Source of the DNA: an uncultured Phycisphaerales bacterium
GTDB lineage: Bacteria > Planctomycetota > Phycisphaerae > WQYP01
Direction: 5' to 3'
NCBI GenBank assembly: GCA_903845195.1
Contig: CAIMWO010000033.1
Span: 2,347-66,346, forward strand
Length of the DNA stretch: 64,000 bases
Shown: positions 29,659-38,388 of the stretch, in pieces
Numbering within the stretch: position 1 is the stretch's first letter
How the letters are laid out: each line of letters opens with the position of its first letter
The notes under the pieces: generated by a model
What the model was told of the DNA's origin: nothing
Seen by the model: only the letters and a program-made list of their open reading frames with translations
Database searches by the model: none
Made by a program: the position numbers and the translations under genes

Positions 29659-30354
29659 ATGGACCATGTGCTGACGAGTCGATTCCCCACGCGGATTCAT
29701 CGCCTGGATGTCGCCGGCCAAACCATCGATCTGGTGGCGCCGGTCGATCCCGATGCGCTGCTGGATGACCCGATCGTCGAACAGCGTTACAAAGACGACA
29801 ACTATCTGCCCTACTGGCCGATCATCTGGCCCAGCGGTCTGATGATGGCCGAGCGCATTCTGAATGCCGCTGAAAGCCCTCCAGCGCTTCCGCCGGGCGA
29901 AGCGTCGCCGCGTTGCATTGAACTGGGTTGCGGCCTGGGATCGACGGGCATTGCTGCGGGCCGGCGCGGCTGGCATGTGACGTTTACCGATTACGACCCG
30001 GAAGCCGTGGACTTCGCCGTACACAACGCCCTTCGAAACGGGATCCCAACCGAGCGGGTACGCGGCGTTCACATGGATTGGCGCGCGCCCCTGGCCGAGC
30101 AGTTTCCGTGGGTGCTGGCATCCGATGTGTTATACGAGCGTCGATTGCATCCGCTGCTGTTGTCCGCGGTCAAGGCGCTGCTTGCGCCGAGTGGCACGGC
30201 ATGGGTAAGCGATCCGCAACGCACCAGCGCCGAGGATTTTCCGCTGGCCGCCGTCGAGTCCGGCTTCAAGGTCAGCACCGTCTACATGGAAGGCAAGAAC
30301 TTCGCCGGCGGCGTGCAACAGGGAACGCTCTACGTGCTGACGCGGGTTGCGTGA
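29659..30354 (+). CDS. class I SAM-dependent methyltransferase (protein-lysine methyltransferase Methyltransf_16-like)
   Basis: YLPYWPIIWPSGLMMAERIL...CIELGCGLGSTGIAAGRRGWHVTFTDYDPEAVDFAVHNALRNG...VLASDVLYE. Confidence 0.65.
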   Translation: MDHVLTSRFPTRIHRLDVAGQTIDLVAPVDPDALLDDPIVEQRYKDDNYLPYWPIIWPSGLMMAERILNAAESPPALPPGEASPRCIELGCGLGSTGIAAGRRGWHVTFTDYDPEAVDFAVHNALRNGIPTERVRGVHMDWRAPLAEQFPWVLASDVLYERRLHPLLLSAVKALLAPSGTAWVSDPQRTSAEDFPLAAVESGFKVSTVYMEGKNFAGGVQQGTLYVLTRVA

Positions 30355-30421
30355 GTGGGGAAACGCAGATCTATCGCGGAAGCGTCAGAACATCACATCG
30401 CATGGCGCCTTTGACCAACTG

Positions 30422-33118
30422 CTAGTTTTTCGCAGGTTTTTTGCCTGCCTCTTTGCCGGCCAGCGGCCTGGGTTCATCGGGGAACCAGCAACTCTCGATG
30501 CCCTGGGTATCGACGGCCGTGACGAAGTAGAACTTTCCGGCGGCGCCGGACGGATCACGAAACGTCGTCTGAGTCAGCAGCTTGTAGCGCTCCGGAACAT
30601 AGGGCGAATTCAGAAGGGTCATGATGCGGCCCTCCTCATCAGCACGGTAAACGCGGTATCCGGCGATCTTCCCGCTGGCGGGTTGCCACGTAACGCTTAC
30701 GCCGCCTTCCGGGCTGGGCTTAACATGGATTCCCTGCGGCAGGGCCGGAGCGGTGGGTGGATCGTAATTGCGCCGAGCCAGCTTCAAATCGACCAGCGTG
30801 TGGAAAAATGTCGCCGCGTCCGCCCAGTTGATCCACTTGGCCTGGTTGAGCGTCCGCGTGTAGTAACAAGCCTCGGTGATGCCCACCGGCGATTCCTCGT
30901 TGGGGTTTTCCAGGATCGGCATATAAGGTGCGGCAATCCATCCTTCCCAGCGGTGATCGTGCGACTGAGTGCGAAAGTAATTGCCCCGCGTGTACGAAAG
31001 CGTCCGGCCCGAACTCCCGGGAAGATCGTGATGCTCCATGTCTCCAGTGACGTCGATGGCGTCAGTGAAACGCTGGTACACCGCGGGATGAATCGACAGA
31101 TCCTCGTTTTGCGTCAGTTCAATGGAGCGCAGCCAGTGATCGCAAACAGCCTGGTAGAGCAAGTCGCTCTGCGAGCCCTGCCCGGAATTGCCGGAGTACG
31201 AGCGCTGCCCGTGGCCGTAGATACCCGCCACACCGGCGCTCTTGGTCACATCGCGGTAGAACATGGTCATCCAGTCGTCGTGGGACTTCTTGCCGCCGTA
31301 GAGACCGAAGTAGATCGATCCGATCTGCATGTTGTAGGCATTGGCAAAGGCGATGAGATGGGGAAGGCCCGAGTCCGGATAAACGGCGCCGTTGGTCAGC
31401 ATGGAGGCGCGGCCGACGGCGTAGCAGATTTTGTCCAGCCGTTCGTTGGGGCCCCAGTACTCCGCCAGCGGCGCCATCGCGCCCGACCCATAGCCGATGT
31501 TGTAGGGCTGCACCGGGCCTGCCACCTTATCGCCACCGCTGGGCCGATTATCGAGCGGAGGCAGTTTGTTCACCTGATTCTGCGCCCAGCCGGGAAGCCA
31601 CGCGGCCACCGTATCTTTGTTGGGCTCCATCGTCGGCGAGGCCATCTTGCGGACCGCATCCCGCACGGCGTCGTCCTTGCCCGTGAGATAATCGAGCGCC
31701 GCGGTCTCATTCCATGATCGATGCCAGTCCGCTTTCTCGTAAAACTTCGCCCCCTCCACTTTCAGCAGTACCGCGAGATCATCGACCGTAATCCCAGGTT
31801 CGTCGACCGCCGCCGTCAGCGTGACCTGGTTTGATCGCACAACGTCCCAGAGTTTCTCCGCATCCGTCGACGGTACAAAGACGATGCGGTTCTGGAACCA
31901 GAACGAGCGGATCGTCTGGCTAAAGGAATCAAAATTGCGATGCAGGGTGGTGGGGCCCATGAATTGCAACGTCTGTGGCGAAGCTGGCTTTTCTTCCGTG
32001 GGAGTTTCGCTCTGGTAGGACACTCCCGGTTGGCCGGCCGAAATGTGCGGTATGTTGACGACACTGAACCCTGCCTTTTCCGCCTCGGCCGCGTCGACGT
32101 ATTGGTTCTGCACGTAGCGAAGTAGCTTCCGCAGGCCCGTCGGTATTTTTCGAATGACGGGCGTCTCGCCGTCTTTGCCGAATGTGGCCTTGCCGCTTAG
32201 CAGCATCGGTGCCGCAGCCGCCACGCACTCGGGGGACTCCTTCTCTTCCGGGAATGTCCGTTCCGTGGCGATGATCATGCTCCCGTGACGCGGGATCAGG
32301 TACGTGGATTCCGCAGCATCCGGCACGCCCTTCGGTCCGACCTTGACCCGCACCTTCGCGAAGATCGGCCCGCTGGCGTACTTGAACTCGCGAATCTCCA
32401 GGTTTTCCGGCGACTCATAGCTGACCGTCGTCGCTCGCAGCGTCGTGAAAGTTTCATCTCCCTTGGGCTGGGCTTCGGCATGCTGGCGCTCCAGCCGAAA
32501 GCTGGGCCCCATCCAGCCGTCGAGCAGATTCAACTTGCCGAACGGCGTTTCAAGCCCGCTGATCGCGCCCTTGCGCGGGCCCTCGGTCAGGAAGGCGACT
32601 TTGAGATCATCAGCGGAAAACTGAACCTGACCGCTGCTTCCCGTCGCGGGGATGGGACTCATCTTGCCGCCAGGATTCGTCCCTCGATAGACAAACAATT
32701 GCCTGCGCTGCCAGGGAGCCAGGTCGGTGAAAAAATAAATGTGCATGGCGGAAATGCCGCCAGCAACCGAGTGGCGGATGTCGTCGGCCTGATAGGGGAT
32801 CGGCTTGGTCCTGGCCGTGTCGGCGGCATCGAAAATGACCAAGCCATTGGAGTCCGTGCACTCCCCGGTATGAAAAAAAAGCGGAACGCGCACGAGATCG
32901 TTCTTGCGGGCAAGACCCACATGCTCGTTGACCGTCAACTGCCGAAGGGGACCTCCCGCCTTTGGCACACTTTCACGAATCACGGGCGTGAAAGCGAGAT
33001 TCGGTGCAGCGAACACCGAAGCGTCTTCGGCCGCATCGACGCGAAGGCCGATCAGGCCGGTAGCGACGAACGATAGGAAGAGGCTCGCCCCCACGAAATG
33101 GCGACGGGATATCCGCAT
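30422..33118 (-). CDS. Tat-signal secreted 898-aa protein with C-terminal fibronectin-III-like domain (possible polysaccharide-active enzyme, unassigned)
   Basis: MRISRRHFVGASLFLSFVATGLIGLRVDA twin-arginine signal. C-terminal GVSVTWQPASGKIAGYRVYRADEEGRIMTLL...FYFVTAVDTQGIES FN3-like. Confidence 0.5.
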   Translation of the reverse strand: MRISRRHFVGASLFLSFVATGLIGLRVDAAEDASVFAAPNLAFTPVIRESVPKAGGPLRQLTVNEHVGLARKNDLVRVPLFFHTGECTDSNGLVIFDAADTARTKPIPYQADDIRHSVAGGISAMHIYFFTDLAPWQRRQLFVYRGTNPGGKMSPIPATGSSGQVQFSADDLKVAFLTEGPRKGAISGLETPFGKLNLLDGWMGPSFRLERQHAEAQPKGDETFTTLRATTVSYESPENLEIREFKYASGPIFAKVRVKVGPKGVPDAAESTYLIPRHGSMIIATERTFPEEKESPECVAAAAPMLLSGKATFGKDGETPVIRKIPTGLRKLLRYVQNQYVDAAEAEKAGFSVVNIPHISAGQPGVSYQSETPTEEKPASPQTLQFMGPTTLHRNFDSFSQTIRSFWFQNRIVFVPSTDAEKLWDVVRSNQVTLTAAVDEPGITVDDLAVLLKVEGAKFYEKADWHRSWNETAALDYLTGKDDAVRDAVRKMASPTMEPNKDTVAAWLPGWAQNQVNKLPPLDNRPSGGDKVAGPVQPYNIGYGSGAMAPLAEYWGPNERLDKICYAVGRASMLTNGAVYPDSGLPHLIAFANAYNMQIGSIYFGLYGGKKSHDDWMTMFYRDVTKSAGVAGIYGHGQRSYSGNSGQGSQSDLLYQAVCDHWLRSIELTQNEDLSIHPAVYQRFTDAIDVTGDMEHHDLPGSSGRTLSYTRGNYFRTQSHDHRWEGWIAAPYMPILENPNEESPVGITEACYYTRTLNQAKWINWADAATFFHTLVDLKLARRNYDPPTAPALPQGIHVKPSPEGGVSVTWQPASGKIAGYRVYRADEEGRIMTLLNSPYVPERYKLLTQTTFRDPSGAAGKFYFVTAVDTQGIESCWFPDEPRPLAGKEAGKKPAKN

Positions 33119-33452
33119 TCGCTTTTCCTTCCAAAGGCGGTTTCATATCTCCCAACGACCGCTAGAAATAACTGGCTTTCAATTCGTAACGGGATCATGA
33201 AACAGCATGTAAAGTCCGAAGACGCTTCGAGATGGACGGCGTGGCATTGACGCTCACATAATGAACGATCGAGATGGGGCTTTGATGCATGGGGGAAAAT
33301 GATAATAGCACCCAATCGGAGTGAGACGAATCCGCAGACTGATTTGTAAGGTCGGCAGATGATGATTTTCTTCTTGGGCGGGCCTTGCGGGGATTGACGG
33401 ATGAGCGAGAATGCCCGGAGATAGGGGATTGATGCACGAGAGGAGCTGCGGT

Positions 33453-34298
33453 ATGAAGGTGCGCAAGGCGGTAGTGACGGCGGCGGGAAAAAGTCAGCGG
33501 GCGTTGCCGTTGCAGCGATTCGTGGATCGCGATGGGACTGAAAAAACACTACTGCAGATCGTCACCGAAGAAGTGCTGGCGGCCGGCGTGGAGGAGATCG
33601 CGGTGATCACCTGCCCCGGCGACGCGGCGGTGTACCGGGAGGCGGCGGGGGGACATGCGGGGCGGATCAGTTTTATCGAACAGGAGAAACCTCGCGGCTA
33701 TGGAGACGCGATCTTTCGGGCCGCAGATTTTGTCGGCGGTGAGGCGTTTGTGCACCTGGTTTCCGATCATCTTTATTTGAGCGCTAGCGAGGTCCGGTGC
33801 GCGGCCCAGTTGGTGAAAGCGGCCGAGGCGAACAGTTGCGCAGTCTCGGCGGTGCAGGCGACACGCGAAAGCATGCTGCCCTACTACGGCACGGTCGGCG
33901 GACGGCGCGTCGTGCAGCAGCAGAAAATGTACGAAGTCGAAACCGTGATGGAAAAGCCGACACCGACCCAGGCCGAGCAAACGCTGATCGTGCCCGGCCT
34001 CAGAGCGGGGCATTACCTGTGCTTCTTTGGCATGCACGTGCTGACACCTGCCGTGATGGAGATTCTGCAGCGGCAACTGGCGGCACTGCCCGCCGGACAA
34101 ATGCTGACGCTTAGCGGCGCACTGGCCGAACTCCCGCAACGCGAGAAGTACCTGGCCCTCGAGATTGACGGTTCGCGGCACAATGTGGGCGTGAAATACG
34201 GCATCCTGATGGCACAGATGGCGCTGGCGATGGCTGGGCAGGACCGCGAATCGGTGCTGGCGGAAATGGTGGAAATGCTGGCGGCCCGAGGCAAATAG
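33453..34298 (+). CDS. sugar-1-phosphate nucleotidyltransferase (GalU / UTP-glucose-1-phosphate uridylyltransferase-like)
   Basis: [22 protein letters not shown]-terminal NTP-transferase motif, [17 protein letters not shown]. Directly upstream of the bifunctional gene. Confidence 0.6.
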   Translation: MKVRKAVVTAAGKSQRALPLQRFVDRDGTEKTLLQIVTEEVLAAGVEEIAVITCPGDAAVYREAAGGHAGRISFIEQEKPRGYGDAIFRAADFVGGEAFVHLVSDHLYLSASEVRCAAQLVKAAEANSCAVSAVQATRESMLPYYGTVGGRRVVQQQKMYEVETVMEKPTPTQAEQTLIVPGLRAGHYLCFFGMHVLTPAVMEILQRQLAALPAGQMLTLSGALAELPQREKYLALEIDGSRHNVGVKYGILMAQMALAMAGQDRESVLAEMVEMLAARGK

Positions 34299-34386
34299 AC
34301 GCTTAAAAGTCGATGGCCCCGCCTGAGCGCTAGGCCCCTCTCTCATTTTCTATTTCTGTCCCGGCTGATGATGCAGGAAATGAACG

Positions 34387-37300
34387 ATGCACAGCAAACT
34401 GATAGATGTGATTGTTTCCGAAGAAGCGGGAGTGCGAAACCAGTCGCTGGATGCACTGGTGGCAGGGGCATCGCTGGAAGAACTGCTGCGACAGTGTGCA
34501 GCGCTGGATGACTTTCGGCGGACGTGTCCCAATCTGTATCAACGGGTGCGCGCACTCTTCTTCCTGTACGCGATTTACCGCTTCCATGTCCCCCTGTGTG
34601 TGCCCGCAACGGCCCATGGAGCGATTCCCTTTCACGGCTACGAGCAATTACTGGCGCGGCGGTTCGAAGAATCGATCGATACATTTCTGGCCACCCAGAC
34701 TAAGCAGGGCGCCAGTGATCAGCTCTCATCCGCACTGGCCGCGGCATACAAGGACCTGGGATTTCAAACGCTGGCGAATCAGGTGCGTCGAAGCGTCCGA
34801 TCGGTGCGGGGGAATCAGTGGATGTTCCGCGTCGGCCATCCGCTCGATCAACCGCTGCGAATCCGCCCCGAGTTGCTGGCGCGGCACCAGGCCGCAGGAG
34901 GGGATGCCGGAGCGTATCCAATTCTCTGCGAGAAAACGCCCGTGCGCATGGACCTTACGCACTCGGCATGGAGCGACATTTTTTTCCTGGGTATGGACTA
35001 TCCGGAGGGGGCGAAGGTCCTGAACGTGTCGATCGACTTGGCGGTCCACGGTCGCGACCCGCTGCCCCAGCCGCCGGTCGAGGCCTACCTGCGGGTGATC
35101 GATCAGCCGGTGCTGCGGTTGGTGTCGGTGGATCTGGGCGCGAGCGTCGAGATCAGCAGTCTGGCGGAAGTATTCGATTTTGCGCGGGATTACCTGGGCC
35201 TCTTGAAGGCGGCCGTGATTGCCGCCGGGATCGTGCCGCCGGGTCTTGAGGGGTCCGAGCAGCAACTCTCCGACGTGCTGGCGCGATTGGTCGGGCCGGG
35301 GCTGGGGTTGGAGATTGTCAGCAAAATCAACGACATTCCCAAGGGCTCACGCTTGGCGGTATCGACCAACCTGCTGGCGTCGCTGATCAGTGTCTGCATG
35401 CGCGCGACCGGACAAACCAAGCAGTTGACCGGCCCCCTGGAGGAACCGGAGCGCCGCGTGGTAGCCGCGCGGGCGATCCTCGGCGAGTGGCTCGGCGGCA
35501 GCGGCGGCGGGTGGCAGGATTCCGGCGGCGTTTGGCCGGGAATGAAACTCATCTGCGGCGCACGTGCCGAAAAGGGCGATGTGGAAGCCGGCATTTCGCG
35601 CGGCCGGTTGCTGCCCAATCATCGTATTCTGAATCGCGACGATGCCAGCGATGCCGCACGTGAAGCACTCCAGGATTCACTCGTGCTGGTGCACGGCGGA
35701 ATGGCGCAGAATGTCGGTCCGATCCTCGAAATGGTCTCCGAAAAATATCTACTCCGTAGCGAAAAGGAATGGGAAGCCCGTCAGGCGGCCCTCGGCGTGC
35801 TGGACCAGGTCCTCACCGCACTGAAGGCCGGCGATATCCGCGCGGTCGCCAAGGCCACCACCTACAATTTCTTCGGCCCGATCCAGGCCATCATTCCCTG
35901 GGCCAGCACGATGTACACGGAACTGCTCATCGAACGCATCAAGGCACGCCTCGGCGAGGATTTCTGGGGCTTCTGGATGCTCGGCGGTATGTCCGGCGGC
36001 GGCATGGGATTCATTGTCGCCCCGCACCGCAAAGCCGAGACGCAGAAACTGCTGCAGGAAACCATGCGCGACACAAAGAACGAACTGCAAGCTGCATTGC
36101 CCTTCGCCATGGACCCCGTCGTTTACGATTTTGCCATCAACGAACGCGGAACCTGGAGCGAGATTCTCGTCGGTGAGCAGGCCATGATGCCCGCCAGCTA
36201 TTACGGCCTGATGGTGCCCGGATGGATCCGGCAGGATGTGCGGAAATTGACGCCGCTGGTGCGCGGCGACTTGGAGCGGTTCGGTCAGACCTGCGCAAAA
36301 AACGCGGCCATGGGAGAGACCGTCGACGCTGTGTTCCAGCGGCTGATTCCCCATTCGGCACGCGAGAGTTCGCAGAAACAGAGCCTGGGCCAGGTGCTCG
36401 ATGATCTCGGCTTTGATCGGCAGCAGCATGAACAGGTCCGCGGATCGCTGCGGGCCGGCCGGCTCGGGCTGGCGCAAAATCGTCTGCCCGACGCGACGAC
36501 CATTGAAGACGTGCGCCCGGAAGATGTGTTTGATGCCCGCGGCGACGGCGCGGAAAAGTATCGCTCCCTCGGGCAAAAGGCGCTGCAGGATGGACAGGTG
36601 GCGGTCGTAAGTCTCGCAGCAGGCGTGGGAAGCCGCTGGACGCAGGGGGCCGGCGTCGTCAAGGCACTGCATCCGTTCTGCAAACTGGGAGGGCGGCATC
36701 GAAGTTTCCTCGAAGTGCATTTGGCAAAAAGCCGGCGGGTATCGCAGGAGACCAACTCGGCAATCCCCCACGTCGTCACGACGAGCTGGCTGACGCACGA
36801 CCCACTCGCCAATTTTCTGGCACGGAGCAACAACTACAAGTATCCGGGCGAGGTTGTGTTGTCGCCGGGACGCGCCGTGGGCCTGCGAATGGTCCCCATG
36901 GTGCGGGACCTGCGGTTTGCCTGGGAGGAAATGCCGCAGCAGCAGTTGGATGAGCAGAAGCAGAAGATGCGGGAATCAGGCCGATCCGCGTTGATCGGAT
37001 GGGCGCAAGCCGCCGGCGAGGGGAGCGATTACACCGACAATCTCCCCGCACAATGCCTGCACCCCGTCGGCCATTGGTTTGAGATTCCCAACATGCTGCG
37101 GAACGGCATCCTTGCGGGGCTGATCGAAAAACGCCCGCAACTCAAGTACCTGATGCTGCATAACATCGATACGCTCGGCGCCGATGTCGATGCCCGGCTG
37201 CTGGGGCTTCACATCGATCGTGGCACCTGCCTGTCCTTCGAAGTCATCGGCCGGAGGATCGAGGATCGCGGCGGCGGCTTGGCGCGGGTCGATGGACGCG

Positions 37301-37722
37301 TGCGTCTGCTCGAAGGCCTCGCAATGCCGCGGGAAGAGGACGAATTCGGACTGAGCTTCTATAACTCAATGACGACCTGGATCGACATCGATCAACTCCT
37401 CACAGTCTTCGGGCTGACCCGCGATGAGCTTAGCAATGTCGAAAAGGTGGCGGCAGCCGTGCGGACCATCGGCGCACGCATGCCGACCTACATCACCCTC
37501 AAAGATGTAAAGAAACGCTGGGGCCAGGGGCAGGAGGATGTCTTCCCCGTGGCGCAGTTTGAAAAGCTCTGGGGGGACATGACGGCGCTGCCGGAAGTGG
37601 GCTGCGGATTCTTCGTAGTGGACCGCCGGCGTGGGCAACAACTGAAAGACCAGGCGCAGTTGGACGGGTGGTACCGGGAGGGGAACGCCGCTTACCTGGA
37701 AACGCTCTGCGCGTGGAGCTGA
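34387..37722 (+). CDS. 1111-aa fusion: N-terminal ~180 aa unknown, a GHMP-kinase-like (fucokinase-type) sugar kinase domain with a degenerate glycine-rich loop, and a C-terminal UDPGP-family (UDP-sugar/UDP-GlcNAc pyrophosphorylase-type) nucleotidyltransferase
   Basis: GHMP motif 1-like PVRMDLTHSAWSDIFFLGMDYPEGAKVLNVSIDL. Motif 2 position DIPKGSRLAVSTNLLASLISV (compare Fkp NLPKGSGMGTSSILGAATLAV). GGSGGGWQDSGG (Fkp GTGGGWQDQVGG). UDPGP: VVSLAAGVGSRWTQGAGVVKALHPF, IPHVVTTSWLTHDPLANFL, LMLHNIDTLGADVD. Confidence 0.6.
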   Translation: MHSKLIDVIVSEEAGVRNQSLDALVAGASLEELLRQCAALDDFRRTCPNLYQRVRALFFLYAIYRFHVPLCVPATAHGAIPFHGYEQLLARRFEESIDTFLATQTKQGASDQLSSALAAAYKDLGFQTLANQVRRSVRSVRGNQWMFRVGHPLDQPLRIRPELLARHQAAGGDAGAYPILCEKTPVRMDLTHSAWSDIFFLGMDYPEGAKVLNVSIDLAVHGRDPLPQPPVEAYLRVIDQPVLRLVSVDLGASVEISSLAEVFDFARDYLGLLKAAVIAAGIVPPGLEGSEQQLSDVLARLVGPGLGLEIVSKINDIPKGSRLAVSTNLLASLISVCMRATGQTKQLTGPLEEPERRVVAARAILGEWLGGSGGGWQDSGGVWPGMKLICGARAEKGDVEAGISRGRLLPNHRILNRDDASDAAREALQDSLVLVHGGMAQNVGPILEMVSEKYLLRSEKEWEARQAALGVLDQVLTALKAGDIRAVAKATTYNFFGPIQAIIPWASTMYTELLIERIKARLGEDFWGFWMLGGMSGGGMGFIVAPHRKAETQKLLQETMRDTKNELQAALPFAMDPVVYDFAINERGTWSEILVGEQAMMPASYYGLMVPGWIRQDVRKLTPLVRGDLERFGQTCAKNAAMGETVDAVFQRLIPHSARESSQKQSLGQVLDDLGFDRQQHEQVRGSLRAGRLGLAQNRLPDATTIEDVRPEDVFDARGDGAEKYRSLGQKALQDGQVAVVSLAAGVGSRWTQGAGVVKALHPFCKLGGRHRSFLEVHLAKSRRVSQETNSAIPHVVTTSWLTHDPLANFLARSNNYKYPGEVVLSPGRAVGLRMVPMVRDLRFAWEEMPQQQLDEQKQKMRESGRSALIGWAQAAGEGSDYTDNLPAQCLHPVGHWFEIPNMLRNGILAGLIEKRPQLKYLMLHNIDTLGADVDARLLGLHIDRGTCLSFEVIGRRIEDRGGGLARVDGRVRLLEGLAMPREEDEFGLSFYNSMTTWIDIDQLLTVFGLTRDELSNVEKVAAAVRTIGARMPTYITLKDVKKRWGQGQEDVFPVAQFEKLWGDMTALPEVGCGFFVVDRRRGQQLKDQAQLDGWYREGNAAYLETLCAWS

Positions 37723-37769
37723 ACCAGAGTCTGCAACGCCATGGAACCACGACTGCACGATGTGGAATA

Positions 37770-37783
37770 ATTTTGCATGCAAA
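37770..37783. promoter_or_regulatory. perfect 14-bp AT-rich palindrome TTTTGCATGCAAAA
   Basis: Read directly, just upstream of the tandem structured repeat. Candidate dimeric regulator site. Confidence 0.3.
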
Positions 37784-37792
37784 AATAAAAAA

Positions 37793-37958
37793 GCCGTGTG
37801 GAGGAGGGTAAGTGTCCACACGGCTTGGCGGAGGAGGAAACGAGTACTTGAAACCGCGGCGTGTGCCTTGCGACGACACGCCGACGGGTTGTTGATAAAG
37901 GCCGCGAGTTCGAGGGTTAGTCCACTCGCGGCTTGGCGGAGGAGGAAACGAGTATTGG
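37793..37958. repeat. two tandem ~108-bp units, each a 9-bp-stem hairpin with a 14-nt loop followed by the conserved motif TTGGCGGAGGAGGAAACGAGTA(C/T)TG; a third 8-bp hairpin lies between them
   Basis: Unit 1: gccgtgtgg-aggagggtaagtgt-ccacacggc + ttggcggaggaggaaacgagtacttg (37793-37850). Unit 2: gccgcgagt-tcgagggttagtcc-actcgcggc + ttggcggaggaggaaacgagtattgg (37901-37958). Spacer hairpin cggcgtgt..acacgccg. Confidence 0.7.
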
Positions 37959-38388
37959 TCAGCGGCTTGGCTGCTGAGTGATCGTCCCACTTGACCATTC
38001 AGTAACTGTTGCCGCGGCATTTCCACACAATTCAGGTGCTCAGACCGCCGGTCTGGTCCTGAATTATTCATTTGTCATGCTGGAGTAAAAAGCAACAGGC
38101 GTGCCAGATCTGATGTGAAGGTTTTAGTTTTTTCGCCAGCGTGATAGTGAGCCAAAAAATCGCTCTAAAAGCGTGTTTTATGGCGAAAATGCGGGGTAAA
38201 TGCTGGTCAAAAATCACAGGGGAGGTGAGAATTGGTTTTTCGTATGCTGATGGCGGCTGCGTAAATGATCATCAAACAGGCACGGCGGGGGTTCCGGGTG
38301 CCCAACGATCACGCAGAGGCGGTCGCGATGGCGGGTTTTGCGGGTGATGGCGATGTTTAAGCTCTGGTTTAGAAATGATTTACAAGCG

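Noticed and set aside
37793-37958. Possible CRISPR array
   Set aside because: There are only two repeat copies, the repeats contain internal hairpins plus a purine-rich tail, the spacing is ~108 bp, and there are no cas genes. It is treated as a structured tandem repeat instead.
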